From Thecamonas trahens ATCC 50062 (lineage: Eukaryota; Protista; Apusomonadida), in the NCBI RefSeq assembly GCF_000142905.1, contig NW_013657665.1, forward strand, positions 374,039 to 438,038: a stretch of DNA of 64,000 nucleotides, given 5' to 3'. This document shows positions 1 through 10,631 of the stretch, piece by piece (positions within the stretch are counted from its first letter, which is position 1; the number at the start of each line of letters is the position of its first letter). Both the position numbers and the translations under genes were made by a program. The notes under the pieces are model-generated. The model ran no database searches, had not been told where the DNA came from, and saw nothing but the letters and a program-made list of their open reading frames with translations.

Positions 1-117
1 ATGAAGACTCACAACGACAAGGGCCTTCTTCCCGTCCTCGCCCGCCTCCTCTCCTTCTCGGACGACCAAGTAGCCGCCATCCGCAAGGCCCGCGCCGGCA
101 TGTTTGGCCTCTGGTAG
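1..117 (+). CDS. 3' end of a GRIP-domain golgin (partial; 5' part outside window)
   Basis: Frame 1 reads ...THNDKGLLPVLARLLSFSDDQVAAIRKARAGMFGLW-stop. This matches the GRIP C-terminal pattern LxPVlaxLLxFSxxE plus an aromatic-rich tail. Confidence 0.7.
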   Translation: MKTHNDKGLLPVLARLLSFSDDQVAAIRKARAGMFGLW

Positions 118-346
118 TACACCATCTACGCTGCTCCCTCTGTCAACGCCATCGCCATTGATCTGCACACCGTTCGCATGTGAATCAGAGGTGATGGTGT
201 TCCCACAGGGGACATGCGCACGTGTGTATCATTCCATTCTGAAACCTCCGCATTTTCCGCCTTTTTCTCGCGCCTCCTCAACCGCCGCACCTCCCCCCCC
301 CCCCCCCCCCCCCTCCCGAGTCGAAGCACTCAACTCTCTCCTCAAC

Positions 347-3300
347 ATGTCACCGCCTACTGTAGTGCTCGTCACGTGCATGCTTCTTAGCTTCACCACG
401 TGGTGCGCAACAGCGGAAGTAACCTCTTCATGCGTTGCGAACACCCCAGCGGTTCTGACGGCTGTCGTGTCCGAAGTCAAGAAAGTGGCGGCTGTAGCGG
501 CGTTCGACGCCAACAGCGACGGCCTGGTCGACGTGTTTGCCATGGACAAGGAGCATCACTCCCTCCAAGCCTTTGCCAACAATGGCTTGCTCGCCCTCCT
601 CGAACCAGTCGTGGTCGACGGCGCGTACTCGCGCTCGTACGCAACCGAGCTGCTGCCGGCAGACGTTGACGGAGACGGGCGGACTGACTTGGTTGTCCTG
701 GCCAGAATCAATCGCCCCGCAAAGGAAGACTTTGACTCGGCCTTCTGGTACCGCAACCTGGCAGAGGGATCTGGTGGGCCCATTGCCTTCTCGGAGCGCA
801 ATGTCATCGCGCACAGCTTTTTGGGTGGGGCAGCGCTGGCCGTCGGTGATCTCGACGGCGACAGCCATGTTGACGCTGTGGTTGCCATCAGCAGTACTGG
901 CGAGATCTGGCTTTACCCCAATTCATTTGGCAACGGCACCTTTGGGCTCGGCCGCGTTGTCATCTGGAAGGAAAATTTGAAGGGCATTGCTGACATTGAG
1001 CTTGTCGACATCGGCAGCGATGGCATGCTCGACGTGGTAGCGGCAGTCCAATTGGACAACTCGTACGAGCTTAACTGGCACCGCAACGATGGAGCCGGTG
1101 TCTTTAACCCACTGGTTACGCGTTCCTCGGTGGAAGCCAAGACCTTTGTGCAAGGCGAGGTCAACAACGACGGGTATCCAGACTTGGTGATCGGGACAGG
1201 CACCGAGTTGTATGTTCTCACCGGAAACTCGAACGGTTTCAACCCCATGTCTGGCGCACGCAACTTTGCCTACGCGGCCGACGGTGTGTTTGTCGGTGAC
1301 TTTGATGGTGATGGATGGGCCGATGTAGGTGCGTTTGGCACGACGAAGTACTCTGTGTGGCCGAACAATGGCGCCGGCGACTTTGCCACAAGCTCGGAGC
1401 ACACCACGCCTGTGTATGCTGCTGCCGTCGCCGACATGGACAACGATGGAAGCCAAGATCTCGTTCTAGGATACAAGCATCCCGAGTCTGTCAAGGTCTT
1501 GGTGCAGTATAGCGCGGCTGAGATGTCGGTGCCATCGACAACGTACGACTTTGTGGCGCACGGCTATGGAGACGTCGACGGTGACGGGGATGTTGACGCG
1601 GTGGCCGCAACTTCCCAAGCACTGTATTGGGTGCCAGCGGAGCGGTCCGATGCAACGGCGCATGGCGTGCCAATCGCTCTGCCCACCTGGCAGTTTGGCG
1701 ATAGCGCGCAAGACCTGGCGGTCGTCGATCTCGACGGCGACTCGGATCCAGACCTTGTGGTCTCCCGAGACGGACAGCCTCCTGTTTGGCTCGAGAACCT
1801 TGGCGGCTTGGGAAACTTCGGTGCTGGCACTGTCCTTGCAGGCGCGCTGCGCAGTGTGGGTGACGTTGTCGTTGCCGATGTCGATGGCAACGGGCTGGTC
1901 GACATTGTTGTTCGCGAGCTCGGCTCTGGCTCTGCCCTTCAGTGGTTTTCGCAAACGAGCAGCGGCACGTTTGCAGGTGCGGCGATCCTTGCCGCCGCGT
2001 CACCGCGCGCGTCTATTCTCACCTTTACCGTTGCCGATCTCGATGGTGCTGGTTTGGTCGATGTGGTGTTTTTGGAGGATGATGGATTGACCGTCAATGT
2101 AACGTATGTCTCGGCTGATGGAGGCGGAGGCTTCAGTGCGCCCACTGTGCTCAAGACGAGCTTCGGCTCGCCGTGTCGCTCCCTTCAGGTTGGCGATGTC
2201 AACGCCGACGGGCTTGCCGATGTGGTTGTCGGTTGTGGGGTTCATATTCACCTGCTTTACGGCGAGGGTAGTGGCGTGTTTGATCCAGGCTCTCCGATAG
2301 TTCTTGATAGCAGCGTTGACGACATCTTGCTGCGTGGGCGGCCAGATGGACATGGTATGGACCTTGTTGTATATGACGTCTTTGGCCTTGTGAGAACGGG
2401 AGTGCTCCGTCGCGAGCGCACGTGGGGGATGAACCAACTCCCGCTTTTTGCGTCGTTGTACGCGTTTGAGTCCCCAGTGGTGGTCGACATGGACGGCGAT
2501 GGCGTCCTTGATGTTGCTGCACTTACCACCACTGTGACGATGGTGTGGGCGAACGGTCTCTCATCCCCGCGCTCTGCCAGCTTTATTGACAGCATCGTTG
2601 GCAGTGACGGTTCTGCCGACGGGCTTGCCGTCTGCGACGTTTCTGGCAACGGCTTTGTCGATGTGGTCACCCGCAACGCTGAAGGCAAAGTGCTTATTTT
2701 TGCTGGAAGCAGCTCTGGTGTGGCGAGCTCTGCAGACACCAACCCGTCTCTTGTGGGGCAAAGCAAGGGCCCAGTTCTCTGTGGTGACATTGATGGCGAC
2801 GGCTCGGCAGACGTGATCTCTGGTGGTGCTGTGTTCTACAATACCGACGGCACCGGCCCCAAGGCGGCAAACATGGTGAGCGATGAGATCGTGTACACTG
2901 ATGCTGCCCTGGGCGACGTCGACGAGGACGGAAGACTTGATGCTGTGTTTGCTGACGCCGACGGATTGTGGTGGGCGCCAGCACTCGTCGAAGATAGGAG
3001 CGAGTGGTCCATTCAGACGACTGCCATTGGGTGCGCGTCGATATCGGTGTCGGATGTCGTGCTTGGCGAGATCGACGGTGACGGCCACGTTGACGCCGTG
3101 GCTGTGTGTGGCACCGACGTGACGTGGTTTTCAAATGTCGATGGAACCGGCACGTTTTCGTCGCGCCCGACGCTTGGTGCCGAAATGACGGGCAGCGGTG
3201 GGCTTGTCGACATCGGCGACTTTGACGCCAATGGCGCAATGGACGTGGTCGCCGTCGACACCGACAGCGGCACTGTTTCGTGGATGCGCAACTTGGGAGG

Positions 3301-6300
3301 CGGTGTTTTTGACGCGCCGGTCATCATTTCGTTGAACGGCCAAGGGGCAACCGGTTTGGCGGTGGGCGACATAGACAGCGATGGCGCCTTGTCGATCGTT
3401 GTGGTCGGTGGTCGTGGCGTCAGTGTTCCCCGCCGCGCGGTGGCATTTGTGCTAGTTGGCGATGGCGCTGGTCACTTTGTCGAGCACATGATTCCTACCG
3501 ACAATGCCGCGCTTACCTCTGTGGTGCTATCCGACATGAATCGCGACGGGCGGCTGGACATGGTGGTCGGAGTCGACGACTGGAAGTCCTTTCAGGTTTA
3601 CACCCGCGAGGCGCACGGGCCATTCTCGAGGCACGTACCGCGCCAGCTGGTAGTGGACCCAAGCGGTGATACTGAATGCGGTGTCAGCGCTGGTCGAGTC
3701 GGCTTTGACTGCGTGTGGCGGCGCGTGATGCAAACCTCGCAGTGTGCCCGCGACGAGGTTGTCCTGCCCGCGGGGATTACGGATGTCGACTTGCATCACA
3801 CGCGTCACTTGAACGCGGCGTGTCAATTCGTGGCGCCGGAATGGCGGTAACGAGGTTTGACTGCCATGCTGTTAGTGGCGAAATTGGCGGCGTACTGATG
3901 GCGGTTGACAACAACGGCGAGCTGGAGCTGAGCTCGATGACAATTGCCAACCTGGGCGTGGCGCGCAAGGCTAACCGTGGCACGCCTGGCCTCCGAGTTC
4001 AGAGCAGCGACGATAGCGCCCCGAGAGGGGCACTTGTGCTTGACCGAGTTCGAGTTGTAGGTGGACGTGCCGACGACTCGGTCTCGCCGTTTCTGGTGGG
4101 TCTCGGCATCGGCGGCGCCGTGGCGGTCGATGTTGCCGGAACGCTTGACGTTCGCAACTCGATCTTGACCGATTGCTCGGCGCAAAGCTACGGTGGTGCT
4201 ATTTCGGGTCGTGGCAGCGGCGTGGTCATCACCATTGTCGACTCGGTCATCGAGCAGTCGACCGCTGGCATTCGCGGCGGAGGGTTGTTTGTGGCGACCG
4301 GAGCGCAGTTAGCCGTCACGCGGAGCAACGTGACCGCCAACGTCGCCGGCACCGGAGCTGGCGGTGGGCTCGCTGTCGAGTTTGGCGCGGATGCATACCT
4401 CCTTAATGCTCGACTGGCGGGCAACGTCGCGGCAGCGGGCATCGGTGGCGGCGGTGTTGTTCGGCCTGGGTCAGCACTGACGCTGGAGCGCAGCTCAGTG
4501 TCAGGCAACCTGGCCTTGGCTGGCGGCGGGTTGGCGGTGGCGGCAATCGCGACCGAGGCTGCGATGGTGGTGAACGCGGTGACCGAGCTTCCACGAGGCA
4601 CTGTGCTCGATGCTCCGGCGGCCAACACGCTGGATATCCGCGACACGGCGTTTTCCAGCAACCATGCGGCGACGTACGGTGGCGGGCTGCTTGTGTGCGG
4701 CGCGCAGGTTGCTGTGGACGGGCCGACGGTGACAATGAGCAACAATGTGGCCGGGCGAGGCGGCGCGCTGGAGTCGTCCGCCGACGTGATGAGTTGCGCG
4801 CCTGAGAGCGGAAATAACGCTTGGCTGGTGGTCACCGGTGGCAGCGCGCAATTTGTCGACCACGGCCCCCGGGCTCACTGGAGTGGGTGCGTGAGCCAGA
4901 GGCGTCTGCGCCACTCGGATCGCAGCTGGATGGCACGTTTCGAGTTCTGGACCTTCTCTCCCGTGCAGCAGTCTCGTACGCAAACACCGAGTTTCAAGTT
5001 GCGGTGACGTCGGGCGCGAGCTCGCTTGTGGTTGACGGCCCGCAAACGATGCGTGGTGAGAGCGGTGAGGTGGCACTGCCCGGGGCAATCCTGTATGCAG
5101 ATGCGGAGAGCGTCGATGAGGCGGCACTGCCGCGTGTAGAGTTGGTGGTGACAAGCGCTAATGCGGAGCTGGGCTTCCTGGCGGCGCCGATTCAGCTGAC
5201 TGCGTGCGGGCCGCAGGCCGGCGGCATCGAGCTTGTACTTGATTCTGGGGCGCGAGTTGTCGGGTGTGTTGACTGCGGGGCTGGGGTCTCGGGCGAGACA
5301 TCGCTGGCAGGGTGCGTAACGGCAGCGACGTGCCTGGCCAACTCTGTGGAGAATGGCGGCGTGAACGGAACGCAGCGGTGCGTGTGTGAGGGCGGGTTCT
5401 ACGCCGTCGGCGCGGATCCGAATCAGTATGCCGTAGAGTGTGCTGCGTGCCCGGTCGGAGCAATATGTCGCAAGGGGCGCGATCCGCCTCTGGCCGCAGA
5501 GGGCTTCTACGGCGAGAGCAACACGTCGTTTGTGCGGTGCCGGCGGCCGGGTGCGTGTCTGGGTGGGCACGGTTCGGCGTGTGCACCAGGGTACTCGGGC
5601 TACATGTGCAACGACTGTAAGGACGGATGGTACTCAAACACGGCGCGCGAGTGCGCCAAATGCCCCGCAGCTGCGGTGGGCGCGCTTGTTGGCGGCGGAC
5701 TAATCCTTGTGGTTGTGGCCGGAAGTGCGGCGGTGTTTGTGGCGATTGCCGTGGCGCGGTCGCACGACTTTGCGGCCGATACTGGCAAGGCAGTGTCTGG
5801 GGCGCTGCTGCGGCGACGACTGTTTCCGGCATCGATCTCGATGGTGGTGGTTGCGATCCAAGTGATCGGGCTGGTGAGCGAGGCCGAGTTTGGGTGGGGT
5901 GAGTCGACACAGCGGCTCCTCCTCACGCTCAACATCTTCAACATCGACCTGAACCTCTTTGCGTCTGAATGCACGCTCGCGTCGTTTCACGCAAAGTATG
6001 CATTTTCTGTGGCAGCGCCAGTGGTGTTGCTCGCTGCGTCGATGTGTGCGCTGGTCATTGCGCGCAAAACAATGATGAAGGCGCGGCTGGAAAGGGTTCG
6101 CACAAGGGCGCTCTTTGATGCGGTGCTCTTTACGCTCGCGCCAGTGCTGTACATTCCGATGGCGCGGGCGGCGCTAGTCATCTTTGACTGCGTCTCGCTG
6201 CCGAACGGACAGTTTGTGCTCGACTCGGACCCGAGCGTGCGGTGCCTAGACGCGTCGTGGTGGACCGTGGCGCCGCTCGGGGCGCTTGCGGTAGTGGCTT

Positions 6301-6968
6301 ACGTCATCGGCCTGCCGGCATACTCGCTCTCGTGCATTGCGAGCCACCGCGAGGCGCTGCTGGAGCCTGCAGTCTTTGCGCGGTTCGGCTCGCTCTACCT
6401 CCGCTACCGGCTGCCGTACTACTGGGGAGGGGTGGCTGAGCTCGGCAAGCGGCTGGCGCTCGTGGTGGTGGCCGTTTTCGCAAGCGACCATGTGTTTGTG
6501 CTCATTGTTCTCCTCTTTGGCATTCTCATCGGCTCGTCGGGCTTTGTCATCCGCAAGCAACCGTACTACTTTCCGCTGTACAACAAGCTCGACGCGCGGC
6601 TCACCGCCGTCCTCCTCTTCCTGGTCCTCGTTGGGACCGGAAGCTACGCCGAGCGCGGGGCCGGTGCCGTATCGGACGCAGCGTTTCTTGTCCTGGTCAT
6701 TGCCGCGCTCGTCGCACTCGTCGTAATCGGCGGGCACGCCATCATCTCGGACGTCGTCTCGATCCTCCGTTCCCGCCGCAGGCTCGGGGCGGACGAGACC
6801 GGTACTGCGCGGCAGCGCGCGCTTGCAGCACACATCCAGCGTGAGGCCGTCGACCTCGAGCCGCAGCTCGCCCGCGAGCTCGTCGCCATCGCCGAGCGGC
6901 TGGAGCAACAAGATTGGGAGGAGGGAGGAGCCGTCGATGTCGAGATGGCGTCGCTTGTGCTCGAATGA
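347..6968 (+). CDS. Giant surface protein (~2200 aa): signal peptide, 21 FG-GAP/VCBS Ca-binding repeats, PMP-like GGA beta-helix, Cys-rich stalk, multi-TM C-terminus; joined across two 1-nt frame breaks
   Basis: ATG 347 starts MSPPTVVLVTCMLLSFTTWCATA. DxDxDGxxD motifs recur through ORF 104..3850. GGA(I/V)/GGGL repeats fill ORF 3715..5007. CxxC repeats and a hydrophobic TM bundle fill ORF 4821..6968. The frames join if G4 at 3772-3775 and C5 at 4866-4870 each gain one base. Confidence 0.8.
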
Positions 6969-7093
6969 ACTCATCCTACGACTTTGCCCTTGCGAAAGCA
7001 GTGGTGAGCGCGAACGCGGCAAGAGTGGCAGAGCGCTGCGGCCGGCAGGTCCAACGCGGCGAACAGCGGCGGGGGCACTCGACTCGGCGAGGC

Positions 7094-8254
7094 ATGTTGC
7101 GGGTGTTTATGACACGGGTGGAGGCACTTGCCTTCTGCACGGTGCGGCAGATGCACGGCCGCCCGCTGGGCCGAGGTGGCAGGCGGGGAGCAGGCAGGGC
7201 GGGCAGGAGCGGGCCGAGCGGGTGGCCGGCGAGCGGCAGCCGGCTCCGCAGCCACAACCAGAGCAGAGCAGCCGGGCGTGTCGGGCACGGAAGGACGATC
7301 GGCGGCGACCTGACGGCGCTGAGTGCGGTCGAGGCCGCCATGGAGAAGGCACCGCCGGGAATGGAGGGCGTGGCGGCGAGGAGCATGCCCGGAGGAAGTG
7401 GGACGCAGGCGCAGGCGCAGGCGATGGCACAGGCGAGGGTCGATGCGTCGGCGCGCCCGCACAGGTTCCAAGCGGCGCAAGCGCAGATGGGTGCAAGGGA
7501 AGCCGCAGTCAGACGATCGGGTATGGCAGTGGTACTGGCGCATCTTCGGCAGAACCCGCCGCATGCACCGCCGGGTGCGCTGGATCGGCTGCACCACCTG
7601 TTCATGATGACCTCGGACGTCGTCCACGACCGGGTCCTTGTGCTGCAGCGGTCGATGCGGCGGCTAGATGCCAAGCTCCACCGCGGCGGGCTCTCGCTGC
7701 TTCAGGTGGCATCGGTCATCGGAATTGGTTGCGTGCTTGGGTACGGGATGTGGGGCGGCCAGGTGAAGGAGGGCCTCTCGCGCGAAGGCGCCGATGTTGT
7801 GGGGCAGGTTGTCTCATCAAAGGAGCTGCAGGCCAAGCTCGAAAAAAACGCAACGGCGCTTGTCGCGTTCCTCACTCACGATCCCGCCACCCATGTGCAG
7901 CTGCAAGAGCTGGCGATGACACTCCTGGCGTCCGATGCGGTGCAGAACGCGGTGGCGAGCCTCGTCCTCCATCTCATCTCGCAGCCGTGGGCTGTAGCGT
8001 CGACCAAGCAGCTAGCGCTCAACGTTGTCGAGCAACTCCGCGACGATCCGACGGCGCTCGATGCCGCTACCGCCTTTTTCTCCTCTGTCTTTCGCCGGCA
8101 GGACCTGCAACAGGCCGCTGGCGAGGGCATCCGCGCCTCAATCACACATGCCGCCGCGCCGCTCGCCCTCGATTTACACAACGACCACGGCCAAGTCCGC
8201 TGGATGTGCACTGCCGGCGTGCTTGCACCGTTTGTCTGTGCCCCGCCGTGGTGA
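7094..8254 (+). CDS. Hypothetical single-TM helical protein, probably mitochondrial
   Basis: The start MLRVFMTRVEALAFCTVRQMHGR is Arg-rich and presequence-like. One TM (LSLLQVASVIGIGCVLGYGMW) precedes an amphipathic helical region. Start choice is uncertain; an in-frame ATG also exists at 6965. Confidence 0.6.
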   Translation: MLRVFMTRVEALAFCTVRQMHGRPLGRGGRRGAGRAGRSGPSGWPASGSRLRSHNQSRAAGRVGHGRTIGGDLTALSAVEAAMEKAPPGMEGVAARSMPGGSGTQAQAQAMAQARVDASARPHRFQAAQAQMGAREAAVRRSGMAVVLAHLRQNPPHAPPGALDRLHHLFMMTSDVVHDRVLVLQRSMRRLDAKLHRGGLSLLQVASVIGIGCVLGYGMWGGQVKEGLSREGADVVGQVVSSKELQAKLEKNATALVAFLTHDPATHVQLQELAMTLLASDAVQNAVASLVLHLISQPWAVASTKQLALNVVEQLRDDPTALDAATAFFSSVFRRQDLQQAAGEGIRASITHAAAPLALDLHNDHGQVRWMCTAGVLAPFVCAPPW

Positions 8255-8528
8255 GAGGAGCAGGAGTTTGTGGTTGGGGGGGGGGGGCAGGTGGGGGGGG
8301 GGGGGGGGGGGGGTAAAAAATTTCCCGCCACTTGTGCACCGGGCACCGGGCACTGAGTTTGGCGTTGGCGCGAATGCAAGCGGCAGCAGCAGCAGCCACC
8401 CGCCACAACGGCGGGCAGAGGGGGGCACAGGCCACAGTCGCAGCAGAGAGTCGACCACTTCTCGACGTCCTTGACGTCTTCAACCAAGCCACACACTCGC
8501 ATACACATATACATACACTCGCACAGCC

Positions 8529-9420
8529 ATGTACGGTTGCCCAGGCTGTCCAACGCCCCGCGCCTTGCCGCCCAACCTGCCCCACCTCCCCCCCCCCCCC
8601 TTGATGACACAGGTATCGGACGACGACACCGCAGCGGACCCGGCGACGGACAGGTGGGGGCTTTGGAGGAGGATCATCGTCGCTGGGACCTGCGGACGTG
8701 TCGATGAGTGCATCGGTGGGCGGCGGGCGGAGGAGTATGGGCGCGGCGAGTCCCGTGCGGCGCGGAGGAGACGAGGCCGGCGAGGGCGTTGCAATGGCAG
8801 CGATGGGTGGAATGGAGGAGCCGCTGGCGGAGCAGGACCCATCGGTGGTGGACGGGTTTCGGGTGGTGTACGATCGTGAGGTCCCGTTTGAGCTGCGGGC
8901 CAACGAGGAGGAGGAGGGCCAGCTGGATGCAGTGAGGGCCAAGATCCTCATCCAAGGCGAGTCGCACGCGCCCGAGGCTGTCCGGGTGGAGCTTGGATGC
9001 GAGTCGGACCTGTTTTTTCACTACACGCATCAGCTGGATGAGCTCTCGTTTGCCGAGCTGCAGCGTGAGCAGAAGCTCATGGTCGAGTTTAACGAGTACG
9101 CACACGTCCTCATCCGCATGTTCAACTCGGCCATCAAAGAGCCGCAGCAGTACCTTGCGGTCTTTGTCCTGCAGGAGGACAACACTGGTCGGGTCGACTT
9201 TATGCAGAATGCCATGTACAAGTTCCTCGAGCTGCTCTCCATCCAGTTTGCGCCGTCGCCGGGCAACGCTGTTCGCCAGCACATCCACTTTCGGTACAAC
9301 ACCATGAAGGCCCGTCTGGCGGCCATGCAGCAGCGCCTCAACGAGGTCTACGCCACCGTCAAGGTCAAGAACCCGTCGCTCCTGCTGCAGCTGCAGCAGA
9401 TGCACGGGCCGGCCAAGTGA
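8529..9420 (+). CDS. SAS6L: SAS-6-like protein (SAS-6 head domain with short coiled coil); predicted intron 8531-8612 splits the ATG
   Basis: YDREVPFELR...RVELGCESDLFFHYTH...FAELQREQKLMVEFNEY...YKFLELLSIQF is a SAS-6 N-terminal domain. The long coiled-coil tail of canonical SAS-6 is absent. Confidence 0.85.
8531..8612 (+). other. Predicted spliceosomal intron splitting the start codon (AT|G)
   Basis: gccAT|gtacgg ... acacag|G TAT CGG puts the ATG in frame with SAS6L. Confidence 0.65.
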
Positions 9421-9483
9421 TCCCGCGCCCCCTAGCAGCAATGAAAGTGACCACTACGTGTGCGCAAGACGATAGCCTACACT

Positions 9484-9590
9484 TTAGGAGGCTCGAGCTG
9501 CAAGCCGTGCCACCGCCCGCTGGCGAGCTGCCTCGATCATAGCAGCCTTGGCGGCGGCGGCCTCAGCAGCTGCCGCTGCCTTGGCCGCTT

Positions 9591-9624
<34 letters not shown>

Positions 9625-10344
9625 TTCAGCCGCTGCCTCGCGGTTCCGTGAGGCCTCAGCGGCCGCCACGGCTGCCGCGACCGACGGTGCCATGCGCTGG
9701 GCTCGGGCCCGGGAAGGGGGATCGCCAGGTGCGACGTCACGCTCGCGCGACCGCGACCGCGATCGGGCGCCGGATACGGGCGCCGGCGGCGGAGCCCGGA
9801 CGGAGAGAGCAAACTCGGCCGGCGACGCCGCGTTGTGAGACGCAATCTCGGTGTCGGCCAACGCCAGAGCCGCAACGGCGGCGTCGCGTTCGGCAAGCTT
9901 GTCCTTGTACGCCTGGGTGACGTAGACCGGCTTATCGGCAAACTCCTCGGCGCCGTTCTCTTGCTCACGCAGCAGCTTTCGCTCGCGCGCCAGCTCGATC
10001 TCCAGCTCGCGCTCCTTGGCCTTGGCCACTAGTTTGGCAATGTACTTGGACTGCTCCTTGGGCGCCTGCGCAAGGGAAGCTGCTGCACTCGCCTCGGGCT
10101 CGGGCCTCGTCGACGTGTAGCTAAAGACTGAGGCATCCTCGGCCAGCGCCGCCGCCCGCTCGCGCGCGACCTTGCGCTCCTCGACCGCCTTGAGCGCCGC
10201 CGCCCGCGCTGCCGCCCGCTCCTGAGCCGAAGGTCCGCTATCGTCGTCTACCGCCGCGCCAGCCTCGCTTGCAAGCGCGGATTGGTGTGTGAGGGCCAGG
10301 GGAGGGGTAGCCAGCGCCGGAGGGACGGCGAACAGTCCGCCGCG
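9484..10344 (-). CDS. NSRP1: Nuclear speckle splicing regulatory protein 1 / CCDC55 (DUF2040) homologue; 5' end lost in N gap
   Basis: AEDASVFSY...SKYIAKLVAKAKERELE...RERKLLREQE...EEFADKPVYVTQAYKDKLAER, ending IEAARQRAVARLAAR. Confidence 0.8.
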
Positions 10345-10631
10345 NNNNNNNNNNNNNNNNNNNNNNNNNNNNNNNNNNNNNNNNNNNNNNNNNNNNNNNN
10401 NNNNNNNNNNNNNNNNNNNNNNNNNNNNNNNNNNNNNNNNNNNNNNNNNNNNNNNNNNNNNNNNNGTGGGGGTGGGGGTGGGGGTGGGGTAGGGGGGGGT
10501 GGGGGTGGAGGGCGGCGGGTTAGGGGGGGGGGGGGGGGGGGGGGGGGTGGGAGGGGGGGCCTGGGTCTGGTCTGGACGCGACTCGGCGCACACACCACAC
10601 TTTGCGCGGCGTGAGGCTGGGATTTACTGCG

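Noticed and set aside
6965-6968. Bacterial-style ATGA stop/start overlap
   Set aside because: The ATG at 7094 gives a better presequence-like start, and nothing else supports translational coupling.
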